A stretch of DNA of 64,000 nt from Mobula hypostoma (Eukaryota), in assembly GCF_963921235.1 (NCBI RefSeq), contig NC_086100.1, positions 199,952,001 through 200,016,000 of the forward strand, in the 5' to 3' direction. The notes beneath the pieces are model-generated. The model saw nothing but the letters and a program-made list of their open reading frames with translations. It searched no databases and was not told where the DNA came from. The position numbers were made by a program, and so were the translations under genes. Below are positions 25,111 through 37,658 of this stretch, piece by piece. The first letter of the stretch is position 1. The number at the start of each line of letters is the position of its first letter.

Positions 25111-27050
25111 GATATATAATGTTGGAAAATGCATGGTGATGCACTTTGGTAATAGAAATAAATATGCAGGCTATTTTCTAAATGGAGAGAAAATGCAACA
25201 ATTTGAAATTCAAAGGGACTTGGGAGTCCTTCTGCAGAACATCCTAAAGGTTAACTTGTAGGTTGAGTCAGTGGGGAGGAGGGAAATGTTAGCATTCATT
25301 TCAGGAGGTCCAGAATACAAGAGCAGGGATATGATGCTGGGGCTTTATAACGCACAGGTGAGGCCTCACCTTCAGTATTGTGAACAGTTTTTGGCTCCTC
25401 ACCAAAGAAATGTGCTGGCATTGAAGAGTGTTCAGAGGAAGTTCACAACGACGATTTCGGGAATGAAAGGGTCATCGTACAAGGAACGTTTGATGGCTCC
25501 GGGTCTACAATCACTGGAATTTAGTAGAATGGCGGGGGGGGGGGAGGGTGGTGGGTGGGTGGCATTGCAACCTTTTTATGTTGAAAAGCCTGGACAGAGT
25601 AGGTGTAGGTGTGGAAAGAATGTTTCCCGTGGTGGGGAAGTCTAGGACAAGAGGGCACAACCTGTCATAGTCCGTTCCGTGAAGTCCGTGTTCCGGTTCA
25701 CGGTCCGGTCCATGGTTCCTTGTTCTGGGGTTTCTGTTTTTCCCTAGTTTCTGTTGTGGGCACGTTTCTTGTTTTGGAGCTGAGACATAAATACCTCTGT
25801 AAACCAGGGATTCCCTGCTGGAGTGTTCTGTTCCCCTGCTTGTCTTTCTCCCCCTTGCCTGACTCCTGCCTGGATACCTTGCGTGACTCTCTGCCTGCTC
25901 ACCTAGCCTGGATACCCCGCCTGTATTGCTGAAGTCTTACTGCCGGAGCAAGACTGGAGCCTCGCTATGTCAAGATAAGGAACTGTCTTTCGTTTTGTGG
26001 CATTGTCTCTCTGTGTCCATGCCTTCGCTAGGTAGATCTGGCCGTTTGCTGCTACCTAGTGTTTAGATCTGGTTCTGTGTCCATGCCTTCACTAGGTGGG
26101 TCCGGCCATTTGCCGCTACCTTGTGTTAGGATCCATCTCTTCATGTTCAGTGTTCTGTTTATGAGTCCCGGCCCTACGTCCTGTTCCCAAGGAGGGGTCC
26201 CGGCTTTGTGTTATGTGTGTGATTCCTGGCCCTATGTCCTGTTCCCAAGGAGGGGTCCTGGCTCTGTTTTCCGTGCTCCTGTCTCTTCTAGTCCAAGGCT
26301 CTGTGCTGCAGAAGGCCCTCGTCTAGTCCATGCCTAGTCCAGTCCTATCCAAGTCCTGTCCACGTGCCTTTGCCTGTCCCTGTGTCTCGCCCTACCCAGG
26401 AGTTCCACACCCAAGCCATGCCCAGTCTCTGGCTCAGAGTCCATACCCAAGCCTCGAAGTAGCCTAGACCCAAGATCCTAGACCCCAAGCCTGTCTCCAA
26501 GCTCAAGCCTCTAGACCCAAAACCTGTCTCCAAGCTCAAGCCTCTAGACCCCAAGCCCGTCTCTAAGCTCAAGCCTCAAGACCCCAGCTTCCAGTCCTGC
26601 AGTCATGTCATGTCCTTGCCTAGTTCTGGGGCCCAAGCCTGAGGCAAGACCTAGGTTCTGGGTCCTTGTCCAGTCTCTGGCTTGGAGTCCAAGCCCAAGT
26701 CGCGTTCTAGTCCCTGCTCCTTGTCTGTATCCTGTCAGGTCCCTACTCTAGTAAAGTCCTGTTCTTTGTACTTCAGTGTCTGTGTCTTGCATTTGGGCCC
26801 ACTACCAACTTTGCGACACAACCTCAGGCTAGAGGGCTGTCCATTTGGAAACCAGATCATTGGGTGTACTTAAGGCAGAGATTGATAGGTTCGTGATTGG
26901 CCACAGCATCAAAGGTCATGGGCAGAAGGTGAGGGAGTTGGGTTGAGGAAGGGAGAAAAGGATTAGCCATGATTAAATGGCGGAACAGACTCGATAGGTC
27001 CAATGGCCTAATTCTGCTCCTCTGTCTTATGATCTTTTGGTCTCATAAAA
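25111..27050 (+). mobile_element. Decayed CR1 3' part, interrupted by a solo LTR
   Basis: Reads NVGKCMVMHFG, VRPHLQYCEQF and SRTRGHN|LRLEG across the LTR. The tail TCTTATGATCTTTTGGTCTCAT is at ~27025-27047. Confidence 0.75.
25663..26818 (+). mobile_element. Solo LTR (1156 bp)
   Basis: The termini are TGTC...GACA with an exact 5-bp TSD CAACC (25658-25662 / 26819-26823). A TATA-like ACATAAATA is at ~25785 and AGTAAA at ~26750. Internal tandem repeats (TCCAAGCTCAAGCCTCTAGACCC) lie at 26475-26585. Confidence 0.88.
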
Positions 27051-27059
27051 TGTTCTCTT

Positions 27060-27680
27060 TATTCCAGACAACATCCTGTTTCATCTCTGCACCCTCTCAA
27101 AAACTTCCACACCCTCCCTATAATGAGCAGCCAGAATCTCAGGCTATTGAACTCATTGTCCTGACGAGTGAAGGTCAACATACCATACACCTTCTTCACC
27201 ATCTGTTAATTTACAGCAACTTTGAGGGATCTATGGATTTGGACCCCAAGATCCCGCTGTTCCTCGACACTGCTATGAATCCTGTATTCTGCCTTGACAT
27301 TTCACCTTCCAGAATGAATCACTTGACACTTTTCTGGATTGAAGTCCATCTGCCTCTTCTCAGCCCGGCTCTGCACCCCGTCAATGTCGTTGTAACCTAC
27401 AACAGCCTTCTACACTATCCACCACTCCACCAATCTTCATATCATCTGCAAAGTTACTAACCCCCACTTCCACTTCCTCATCCAAGTCCTTTGTAAAATC
27501 CACAAAGAGCAGGGACCCCAGAACAGATCCCCATGGAACACATTGGTCACGGATCTCCAGGCAGAATAACCTTCCTAACCTCCCACCCTCTGCCTTAGAT
27601 GGGCAAGCCAATTCTGAATCCATGCGGCCATGTTTCAGATCCCATGCCTCCTGGCTTTGTGAATGAGTCTACCTGGGGAG
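27060..27680 (-). mobile_element. CR1 RT fragment
   Basis: Reads VPWGSVLGSLLFVDFTKDLDEEVEVGVSNFADDMKIGGVVDSVEGCCRLQ. Confidence 0.75.
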
Positions 27681-28127
27681 AGGAAGAGGAAGAAAGGGGA
27701 GGAGGATGAGGAGGGAGGTGGGGAGAGGGAGTTAGTAGGGGGAGGTGGAGGGGGTAGGGGATGATGGATGGATAACGTTTGAACTGTGTAATTACTCCCT
27801 GAACACATCCTGATCAATAAAGACAACAGTTATTGGGCAGTCATCGTCTGGTATGTTCTATCATGTGATGTGTTTAACTGGGAATAGGGTTCACCAGTGA
27901 AGTTCACTCTGTGATCAGAAAGCCGTGGAAATGTCCAGCTAAATGTGAGTCAAAATACAACAGTCCAATCCTAGAGGGGTGGGGATGGAGTTTAAAGGAG
28001 ATGTCTGAGATTCAGTATTTGGGAGAAAGGCTGGAAGCAGGGAGTGAGCAAGATCCTCGTCACTCAGGACCAGTGAGGATTTCTACATTCACATTATCTA
28101 ATGATTCATGGCTGGAGATACAACTGG

Positions 28128-28845
28128 CTGCTGTGACCTTGCTGAGTTCAAAAAGGCCAACGTTTCAGAACTTGTACCTGTGGAAATACAGACATACTCC
28201 AGAATATCAGAGTACCCTTCCAATAACTTTCCACTGTCTGCATCCTCCCTAGCCTTTACTGATAAGTAGTATTTATTTAGGATCTCTCTCAGACTGCTGT
28301 GACCTTGCTGTGTTCACAAAAGGTCAACGTTTCAGAACTTGCCATCATTATGTGCCATGTCATTTGATGTAGGTGAACATGGTCCCGTGACCATAATTGT
28401 TCTTGGCATTTCTTTCTACAGAAGTGGTTTGCCATTGCCTTCTTCTGGGCAGAGTCTTTACAAGACTGGTGACCCCAGCCATTATCAATACCCTTCAGAG
28501 ATTGTCTGCCTGGTGTCAGTGGTCACATAACCAGGACTTGTGATATGTACCAACTGCTTGTACGACCATCCACCACCTGCTCCCATGGGTTCATGTAACC
28601 ATGATTGGGGGCTCTAAGCAGCTGCTACACTTTGCCCTCGGGTGCCTGCTGACTAGAAGAGGGAAGGATCGCCTTACAGCTCCTTTGGTAGAGATGAATC
28701 TCCACCCAACCATCCAGAACTTGTACCTGTGGAAATACAGACAAACAATACTCCAGAATATCAGTGTAGCCTTCCAATAACTTCCCACCATCCACATGCT
28801 CCCTGGCCTATACTGAGGAGTGGTATTACTTTAGGATCTTGCTCA
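28128..28845. repeat. Two-copy ~166-bp tandem duplication; the second copy is interrupted by a SINE
   Basis: CTGCTGTGACCTTGCTG...AACGTTTCAGAACTTG occurs at 28128 and 28294. The continuation TACCTGTGGAAATACAGACA...TACTCCAGAATATCAG occurs at 28175 and 28724. Confidence 0.8.
28342..28714 (-). mobile_element. RTE-related SINE / non-autonomous element (373 bp)
   Basis: It has an exact 9-bp TSD CAGAACTTG (28333-28341 / 28715-28723). It contains GAAGGCAATGGCAAACCAC (minus strand), also present in the RTE 5' UTR at 33385-33403. Confidence 0.75.
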
Positions 28846-28904
28846 ATACCCAAGATTAATAATTCACATACATTAGATTAATATTTACCGACTATAGTTT
28901 TGCT

Positions 28905-30385
28905 TTCATAAGACCAGGAGGCACAGGTACAGAATGAAGTCATTGAATCTATTCTGGCATTCCATCACGTCGGAATTATTACTCCTCTCAACCCTATTCT
29001 CCTGCTTTCTCCTGTAACCTTTCACTTCTTACTAATCAAGAACCTATCAACTGCTGCTTTAAACATACCCAATGATTGTCTCCACAGCCGTCTGAGGCAA
29101 TGAATTCACTACCCTCTGATTAAAGAAGCTCCTCTTGATATCTGTTCTAAATGGACATCCCTCTGTAACACTTGTGTAGCACCCGTCTATTCACGTGTGA
29201 CTAGACGACACAGTCTTTGAGAAAAATCAAATTACACTAGGTGCTAGTAGGCCATCAGAATTCTAGGTATCGGAAGGAGGCAGTGAGTAGAAACCACACA
29301 CTTCTGGAGATGAGGTTTGTTTATAAGAAAAAAGTGTACAAAGTATTTACATGAGCAAGAACAATTCAAAATTCAAACATTCTGTTTAGGTTCCGAATCT
29401 CAGATATCAAACCACAACAAATTCCTTTTTAATTAGAATCAGTGAGATTCCTGAATTACTCTAATCTCTAATTAGACCTAATGGTATCCCCTATTTAACA
29501 GTTTACAGACTAAACTTTTCTTTTTACTTATCCCTAGTTTCTTAGAAAACCAAATATAATTCCAATTCTTAAGTATTATAATTAACTTCAGGTTCAGTAC
29601 CAGGCGGTATATCTATAAGTTTAAATTCTAATTCAACAATTATATATACACAGTTTAAGTCCTATCACAATAATTCTCCAACATCACAACTTTTAAACAA
29701 AGTAAATCTCATTCAGTAACTTATCAAAATCTTTGTAAAAATAATCAGTTCTTGCAGAGAATCAAATTCGGATTCTTCCAATGAAAATAAACTTACACAT
29801 CCGACTGTATTAAATCCTCTCCGTCATCACACATTGGTTCGTCAACTCTTGGGTAGCTCGCCATCTTCGTTCTTGGTTCATGGGAATGAAATAGTTTACC
29901 ATCCACAGTAAGTCAGTTCACAAACTTATACAAAAATTTGACCAAATCCCTTGGTGTGATTTTACGGAACCAATTCCTGACTACACGGTAGGGATTTTGG
30001 ACACTCGTCTCTGCCGATATTGTCTCGTTATATTTGCTGTGTGTTATAGCCGTAGCTTGAATTAATCTTTTATCGCTATTGTCTCTCCTCCAGGGGTTTC
30101 ACCCTGAGGTTTTCAAATTAGTAGGGTAAAGATACTCACTACTAATTCCACTCTTAACAGTTCGTCTTCAGCTTCTAATCATTGCTGCGTCTCTCCCCTT
30201 GTCCGTCCTGCTCCACCACATCTCCTCTCGCCTCACGATTTTTTTTTCAAATTCTTTTTTTTCAAAATTGGGGAACCTCATTTATATCCCTCTGCAGGTG
30301 GGGCTTTCTAACATTACATCTTTGGATTTAGCTAACCTGGGTTACACTTCTGTTCTGAGGCTGTGCCCTCTGGTCTTATACTTCC
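28905..30385 (-). mobile_element. CR1 3' end (28905-29163 and 30347-30385) interrupted by a solo LTR
   Basis: It is similar to 4434-4750. GGACATCCCTC|TGTTCTGAGGCTGTGCCCTCTGGTC rejoins across the LTR. Confidence 0.7.
29164..30346 (-). mobile_element. Solo LTR (1183 bp)
   Basis: It has perfect inverted termini TGTAAC...GTTACA and a 4-bp TSD CCTC/CTTC (one mismatch). TATAAAT lies on the minus strand at ~30280-30286. Confidence 0.8.
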
Positions 30386-33300
30386 ATGTGATGCATTTAA
30401 TATTTAAACAATATTTCAATCACCCTGTATGGACTGTATATTGATTAATTAGGCATTTGGTTGTTTAAGCATTAAGCATCCATTAATTTCTCTCTTTCAC
30501 AAATGACAACTGGTAATTTATGGCCCTTTGTCCAAAATCAGTTACAAAACCAGGAACCAGTTCCAATCACTCATCATTAACAACTACTCAGAAATAACTT
30601 CTCATTTGGAAATCATCTACATTCCAGCAGATTTCAGGAAGCATCACTGCGTCGCCTTTAAAAAAACTAATTTAGCTAAGCAAAACCAGTTCACAAAATG
30701 GAGGGCACAGAGCAGCTTCACAGGATGGCAGAGTCCATCCCTTGAACCTCATGGAAAGAGCGAAAATTGAACAGCTTTGTGGGCCGAAGGGCCTGTATTG
30801 TGCTGTAGGTTTTCTACGTAAAAATTCATCTGTCTGCTTCCACTGTCCTTGATTCATTGAAATTTACTGATTTGCAGACTGTAGTTCTTTCTGGAAAACA
30901 TCTCCCTCTTTTTCATCCAAAGGTATTTATCTTCAGACCATTGTCCTCCTCTGTTCTTTTAACTACCCACTGGACTGTCATGAACCCCAGCAGGTGTGCT
31001 ACACTTATATTATGTAAAGATAAAGGTACCTTTACTCACTGAATTCATACACTTTTTATACTGACAATCGTATTCTCTGTTTTTCAAAACCATCACCCTC
31101 TATCTTTTGCATAATTTCAGCCTTGCACCTTCAAAGATTATACACATTAAACAATACAATTATCAGCATTAATTAATATTACAACAGTATTTGATACTAT
31201 CTGTTACATTTTGTAACTTTGTAACTTCAAAACATTAAACTAATTCAAAGGACGACACGGGAGATGGAAATGTGGGTGTAACTTTGAGTTTACTTTCAGT
31301 GAAGTGTGCACATGTCACATGGTCGTGTAATGACGTATACAATTCATGTATTTATATACAAAACCCATAATGAATTATTTAAACAAAGAAAAATGATTAT
31401 TCAACCAATATATTTCCAAGATTACACAGATATTATTGAAATATTAAATACAAAACACTGCTTAGCAATGAACTCCAAGTCAATAGAGAATGTATCTAAA
31501 CTCCTTACACAGTACACTGTATAATACAATGACTACATACAGACATCCACAGCAGAGTAAATTTTAAATCATCATCAGCCCTAAAGGTTTAATCACTGTG
31601 AAGGATTTCTTACTCCTGTGAGATAACATGTTTCCTGACAAAGGGAATCACTCTGCCTGACAGACGAAGCTTTTGGCTGTGAGGCAATCTCACGTTCTGG
31701 GGCCTGCTCCATGGTGGTTGTAGGAGTTGACTCTGAGACTGCAGGAAGTGGTTCTGATAGCCGCTGCCAACTTTCTTCTCTAACAATTCCCTCAGATGTG
31801 CTCAACTACTCGATGTGTGGTGCAGTTCTGTCTTAATCTTTCCCAGTACCCAGTTTTGATAACCTCTGTAGTCACTCGCCAGGACTGTTTGTGAAACACT
31901 GAACCTCTTTATCTGAGGAGTTCAATTTGTCTGAGCTGCTTGTCCTGCATCCTCCTCCTGAGATTGGGTTTGAGGAGATCCAAGTGTGAGTGCGAGGGAT
32001 GACCCTGGAACAGCAGAGCTAGTGAGTTGTGGGCTATGGATTCTGAAACATTACGATTTGCAAGGAGGAAATTGGTAAGGTTCTGTTGTGTGGTATGTTA
32101 CAGACAAACCTTTCCACTAAGCCATTTGTAGCTGGGTGGTACGATACAGATGCAAAACATCTCATTCCATTCATTTTTAGGAATAATTGAAATTATTTCC
32201 CCACAAACTATGGTCCATTGTCACTGACTAAGTGTTCTGGAACACCAGTCCTTGTGAAGAGACTTCTCAATAGATCAATAGTGGGCGAAACTGTAGTGGA
32301 GATAACTGGGAACACTCCTGGCCAATTTGTAGCTGCATCCACTACAACCAAGAAATTTGTGCCCATGAATGGTCTGGCAAAATCCACATGAATCCTCTGC
32401 CAGGGCAATGCAGGGATGGCAGTGCTGCTCTTGGCATCTTCTGGACATGTTGGCATCCCATACAGAGCATAGAAAGCTGGTCAATCTGCTGATCTATCCC
32501 AGACCACCAGACAAAGCATCAAGCCAACACTTCCATTTTAACCACACCTAGATGACAGGCAGGTAGCTCCTCCAACACTTCAGCTCTCACCTTGGATGGT
32601 ACAACAACTCTCCATCCCTACACAATGCAAACCCTGTCAAGGGCAAGTTCATCCCGGCACTGGTAAAATGGGGGTAGTAGATTTCTGCTGCACATTCCAG
32701 ACATTGTGGGTGACCATGTAAACCTGAGACAGTGTGGGGTCATTTCCAGTTTCTCTTTGGATTATCTCTGTCGTAATAGGGAGACTTTTGATTTGCATTA
32801 GGGAGAATACGTCAAGAGCAGTGGCTTTTTCAGTATTTTTTTCTGGTACTTCCTTATCCAAGGGTAAATGGGACAATCCATCAGCATCACCATGACTGGT
32901 CATCCTCTTGAATTCAGTCTTGTAATTGTGTCCTCCAAGAAACTGAGCCCATCTCCGAATTTGTGCTGCTGCTGTCAGTGAAACACCCTTCTGTGGATTG
33001 AAAATGGACACTAGTGATTGACAAGGGTGTATGGGGTGGTTTGGTCCTGACTAAGTATCAGGAAATGCCAATAGTGATTACATAGCTTCTACCACCCAAG
33101 ACAACTCCAGCTTCAAGTAGGACTTAGGTTCGGGTGCACCCTGTCTCGCTGAAGGAGCTCCGTCTATGGCGAGTGTCTGGCGCCAGAAAAATTTCCAGAC
33201 CAATGGTGGTGGTGTCACCTAAAATCACTGAAGCCTCCGGCAGCAGGGAGATGGATTCCAAGCTTTGGTGGAGGATTGTCTTTGTACAACAACAGCAAAG

Positions 33301-33720
33301 GTTGGGTGACGTCCAGTGTATGATTCCCAATTGGGAACACCAGTAGAGGTCAAATGCTTTAGTTAGATGGGCACTGCGGCAACAGAAGGCAACGGCAAAC
33401 CACTGTTGAAATTTCTGCCTAGTCAATCATGGAAAGAAACAAAAGAAGGAAACCAGACAACAGCATGAATGGGGTTGAGTCTAATCAACAGAACAACACC
33501 TCGCTCGGTAGGGGTAGTCATGGGCTGCAGGTGACACCAGACCATCATCCAGAGACTGTAAGCAATAGGGAAAGGCTAAGGGTAGCAACATGGAACGTAC
33601 GTACACTTTACCAGAAAGGAAAGTTGGACAACACGTTAAATGAAATGAAAAGATATCTTAGGCCTGTCAGAAATTAGATGGACCAACAGAGGCAAATTCA
33701 CTAAGAATAGTTCTCTGATA

Positions 33721-36561
33721 ATGTATTCGGGAGGTCAACAGCATATGTATGGAATTGAAATTATTTTAAACAAACAAGTATCAAAATGTCTTATTGGATA
33801 TTTTGATGAATTGAAAGTGCAGATTGTTATTAATGATTATGATATAGTTGGGATCACAGAGACATGGCTCCAGGGTGACCAGGGATGGGAGCTCAACGTT
33901 CAGGGATATTCAATATTCAGGAGGGATAGACACGAAGGAAGGGGAGGTGGGGTGGCGTTGCTGGTTAAAAAAGAGATTAACGCAATAGAAAGGAAGGACA
34001 TAAGCCAGGAAGATGTGGAATCGATATGGGTAGAGCTGCGTAACACTAAGGGGCAGAAGACGCTGGTGGGAGTTGTGTACAGGCCACCTAACAGTAGTAG
34101 TGAGGTCGGAGATGGTATTAAACAGGAAATTAGAAATGTGTGCAATAAAGGAACAGCAGTTATAATGGGTGACTTCAATCTACATGTAGACTGGGTGAAC
34201 CAAATTGGTAAAGGTGCTGAGGAAGAGGATTTCTTGGAATGTATGCGGGATGGTTTTTTGAACCAACATGTCGAGGAACCGACTAGAGAGCAGGCTATTC
34301 TGGACTGGGTTTTGAGCAATGAGGAAGGGTTAATTAGCGATCTTGTCGTGAGAGGCCCCTTGGGTAAGAGTGACCATAATATGGTGGAATTCTTCATTAA
34401 GATGGAGAGTGACATAGTTAATTCAGAAACAAAGGTTCTGAACTTAAAGAGGGGTAACTTTGAAGGTATGAGACATGAATTAGCTAAGATAGACTGGCAA
34501 ATGACACTTCAAGGATTGACGGTGGATATGCAATGGCAGGCATTTAAAGGTTGCATGGATGAACTACAACAATTGTTCATCCCAGTTTGGCAAAAGAATA
34601 AATCAAGGAAGGTAGTGCACCCGTGGCTGACAAGAGAAATTAGGGATAGTATCAATTCCAAAGAAGTAGCATACAAATTAGCCAGAGAAAGTGGCTCACC
34701 TGAGGACTGGGAGAAATTCAGAGTTCAGCAGAGGAGGACAAAGGGCTTAATTAGGAAGGGGAAAAAAGATTATGAGAGAAAACTGGCAGAGAACATACAA
34801 ACGGACTGTAAAAGCTTTTATAGATATGTAAAAAGGAAAAGACTGATAAAGACAAATGTAGGTCCCCTGCAAACAGAAACAGGTGAATTGATTATGGGGA
34901 GCAAGGACATGGCAGACCAATTGAATAATTACTTTGGTTCTGTCTTCACTAAGGAGGACATAAATAATCTTCCAGAAATAGTAAGGGACAGAGGGTCCAG
35001 TGAGATGGAGGAACTGAGCGAAATACATGTTAGTAGGGAAGTGGTGTTAGGTAAATTGAAGGGATTGAAGGCAGATAAATCCCCAGGGCCAGATGGTCTG
35101 CATCCCAGAGTGCTTAAGGAAGTGGCCCAAGAAATAGTGGATGCATTAGTGATAATTTTTCAAAACTCGTTAGATTCTGGACTAGTTCCTGAGGATTGGA
35201 GGGTGGCTAATGTAACCCCACTTTTTAAAAAAGGAGGGAGAGAGAAACCGGGGAATTATAGGCCGGTTAGCCTAACGTCGGTGGTGGGGAAACTGCTGGA
35301 GTCAGTTATCAAGGATGTGATAACAGCACATTTGGAAAGCGGTGAAATGATCGGACAAAGTCAGCATGGATTTGTGAAAGGAAAATCATGTCTGACGAAT
35401 CTCATAGAATTTTTTGAGGATGTAACTAGTAGAGTGGATAGGGGAGAACCAGTGGATGTGGTATATTTGGATTTTCAAAAGGCTTTTGACAAGGTCCCAC
35501 ATAGGAGATTAGTGTGCAAACTTAAAGCACACGGTATTGGGGGTAAGGTATTGGTGTGGGTGGAGAATTGGTTAGCAGACAGGAAGCAAAGAGTGGGAAT
35601 AAACGGGACCTTTTCAGAATGGCAGGCGGTGACTAGTGGGGTACCGCAAGGCTCAGTGCTGGGACCCCAGTTGTTTATAATATATATTAATGACTTGGAT
35701 GAGGGAATTAAATGCAGCATCTCCAAGTTTGCGGATGACACGAAGCTGGGTGGCAGTGTTAGCAGTGAGGAGGATGCTAAGAGGATGCAGGGTGACTTGG
35801 ATAGGTTGGGTGAGTGGGCAAACTCATGGCAGATGCAATTTAATGTGGATAAATGTGAAGTTATCCACTTTGGTGGCAAAAATAGGAAAACAGATTATTA
35901 TCTGAATGGTGGCCGATTAGGAAAAGGGGAGGTGCAACGAGACCTGGGTGTCATTATACACCAGTCATTGAAAGTGGGCATGCAGGTACAGCAGGCGGTG
36001 AAAAAGGCGAACGGTATGCTGGCATTTATAGCGAGAGGATTCGAGTACAGGAGCAGGGAGGTACTACTGCAGTTGTACAAGGCCTTGGTGAGACCACACC
36101 TGGAGTATTGTGTGCAGTTTTGGTCCCCTAATCTGAGGAAAGACATCTTTGCCATAGAGGGAGTACAAAGAAGGTTCACCAGATTGATTCCTGGGATGGC
36201 AGGTCTTTCATATGAAGAAAGACTGGATGAACTGGGCTTGTACTCGTTGGAATTTAGAAGATTGAGGGGGGATCTGATTGAAACGTATAAGATCCTAAAG
36301 GGATTGGACAGGCTAGATGCGGGAAGATTGTTCCCGATGTTGGGGAGGTCTAGAACGAGGGGTCACAGTTTGAGGAGAGAGGGGAAGCCTTTTAGGACCG
36401 AGGTTAGGAAAAACTTCTTCACACAGAGAGTGGTGAATCTGTGGAATTCTCTGCCACAGCAAACTGTTGAGGCCAGTTCATTAGCTATGTTTAAAAGGAA
36501 GTTAGATATGGCCCTTGTGGCTACAGGGGTCAGGGGGTATGGAGGGAAGGCTGGGTTCTGA
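33721..36561 (+). CDS. Retrotransposon ORF (946 aa): CR1 ORF2 endonuclease/reverse transcriptase with a short RTE-derived N-terminus
   Basis: The ORF is in the track and is uninterrupted. The first ~27 aa are RTE EN sequence and the rest is CR1 ORF2. Confidence 0.6.
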   Translation: MYSGGQQHMYGIEIILNKQVSKCLIGYFDELKVQIVINDYDIVGITETWLQGDQGWELNVQGYSIFRRDRHEGRGGGVALLVKKEINAIERKDISQEDVESIWVELRNTKGQKTLVGVVYRPPNSSSEVGDGIKQEIRNVCNKGTAVIMGDFNLHVDWVNQIGKGAEEEDFLECMRDGFLNQHVEEPTREQAILDWVLSNEEGLISDLVVRGPLGKSDHNMVEFFIKMESDIVNSETKVLNLKRGNFEGMRHELAKIDWQMTLQGLTVDMQWQAFKGCMDELQQLFIPVWQKNKSRKVVHPWLTREIRDSINSKEVAYKLARESGSPEDWEKFRVQQRRTKGLIRKGKKDYERKLAENIQTDCKSFYRYVKRKRLIKTNVGPLQTETGELIMGSKDMADQLNNYFGSVFTKEDINNLPEIVRDRGSSEMEELSEIHVSREVVLGKLKGLKADKSPGPDGLHPRVLKEVAQEIVDALVIIFQNSLDSGLVPEDWRVANVTPLFKKGGREKPGNYRPVSLTSVVGKLLESVIKDVITAHLESGEMIGQSQHGFVKGKSCLTNLIEFFEDVTSRVDRGEPVDVVYLDFQKAFDKVPHRRLVCKLKAHGIGGKVLVWVENWLADRKQRVGINGTFSEWQAVTSGVPQGSVLGPQLFIIYINDLDEGIKCSISKFADDTKLGGSVSSEEDAKRMQGDLDRLGEWANSWQMQFNVDKCEVIHFGGKNRKTDYYLNGGRLGKGEVQRDLGVIIHQSLKVGMQVQQAVKKANGMLAFIARGFEYRSREVLLQLYKALVRPHLEYCVQFWSPNLRKDIFAIEGVQRRFTRLIPGMAGLSYEERLDELGLYSLEFRRLRGDLIETYKILKGLDRLDAGRLFPMLGRSRTRGHSLRREGKPFRTEVRKNFFTQRVVNLWNSLPQQTVEASSLAMFKRKLDMALVATGVRGYGGKAGF

Positions 36562-36657
36562 GTTGGATGATCAGCCATGATCATAATAAATGGCGGTGCA
36601 GGTTCGAAGGGCCGAATGGCCTACTCCTGCACCTATTTTCTATGTTTCTATGTTTCT
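33803..36657 (+). mobile_element. Young CR1 LINE (copy 2) with a nearly complete, stop-free ORF2 (EN + RT)
   Basis: The frame is open from DELKVQ...ITETWL through GDFN, SDH, PQGSVLGP and FADD to the stop at 36561. It has a (TTTCTATG)n tail, and ATATT is duplicated at 33798-33802 / 36658-36662. Confidence 0.93.
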
Positions 36658-37311
36658 ATATTGGGCGATATCCGACCGGCTGCTTTTAGTTAAATTAAGG
36701 GGTATCCCTTTTAACATTAGCATAATCAAAGCCTACACGCTAACAAATGATGCGGATGAAGAAGATATCAACAAGTTTTATGAAGACCTCGACAGTGCTT
36801 ATGAGCAATGTAAATCTCAGGATATAAAACTAGTCATTGGAGATCTTAACTCCAAAGTTGGACAGGAAAGGGTTTATAACATCATAGTACTGTTTGGATT
36901 AGGGGAGAAAAATGAAAATGGAGAAAGGTTTACTGATTGGTGTGTCAGAAACAACCAAGTGATCACCAATACTTGGTATAACAATCATCCACGTAGATTG
37001 TGTACTTGGATTAGCCCTGGAGATAGAACAAGAAATCAGATAGATTTCATTACCATCAATGAACGCTTTAGAAATAATATCACAAATTCTAAAGCCTACC
37101 CAGGAGCAGACTGTGGTTCAGATCACCATCCAGTAGTAGTTATCATTAAAACAAAATTAAAGAACTGAAACGTGGAAAAAAGAGAAAGAAGTATATGTTG
37201 GGAGAACTTAAGAATGATAGCATACTTAAGCAATAATTCAAAATAGCTGTAGAAGAACACCTCAATGAAAACAAAACAACAACTATTTGAGACAGATTTA
37301 AATATGCTATA

Positions 37312-37467
37312 TGTGCCCTTCCCTTGGACAACATCGGTGGCGTGGAGAGGAGAGACTTGCAGCATGGGCAACTGCCGGTCTTCCATACAATCTCGCCCAG
37401 GTCTGCGCCCTGGAATCATTCCAAGGTGCAAATCCACAGGCGCACGAGACTGACGGATGCCTTATTT
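37312..37467. mobile_element. 156-bp GC-rich SINE-like insertion, family not recognised
   Basis: It has an exact 16-bp TSD ATTTAAATATGCTATA (37296-37311 / 37468-37483), and its GC content contrasts with the AT-rich RTE host. Confidence 0.8.
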
Positions 37468-37658
37468 ATTTAAATATGCTATACAGCAATCAGCAGAGGA
37501 GATAATCCCAGTACAAGAAATCCAACACACCAGCAAGGGGTGGATAACCCAAGAAATGTTAGTTCTGATGGAACAAAGAAGGTTAGTGAAGGATAAAGAA
37601 GTGCATTACAGAGAGCTAGACAGATGGACCAGACAATTGTGCAATATTGCAAAGGAAG

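Noticed and set aside
27680..27770. Proline/serine-rich ORF and purine tract
   Set aside because: It is simple low-complexity sequence.
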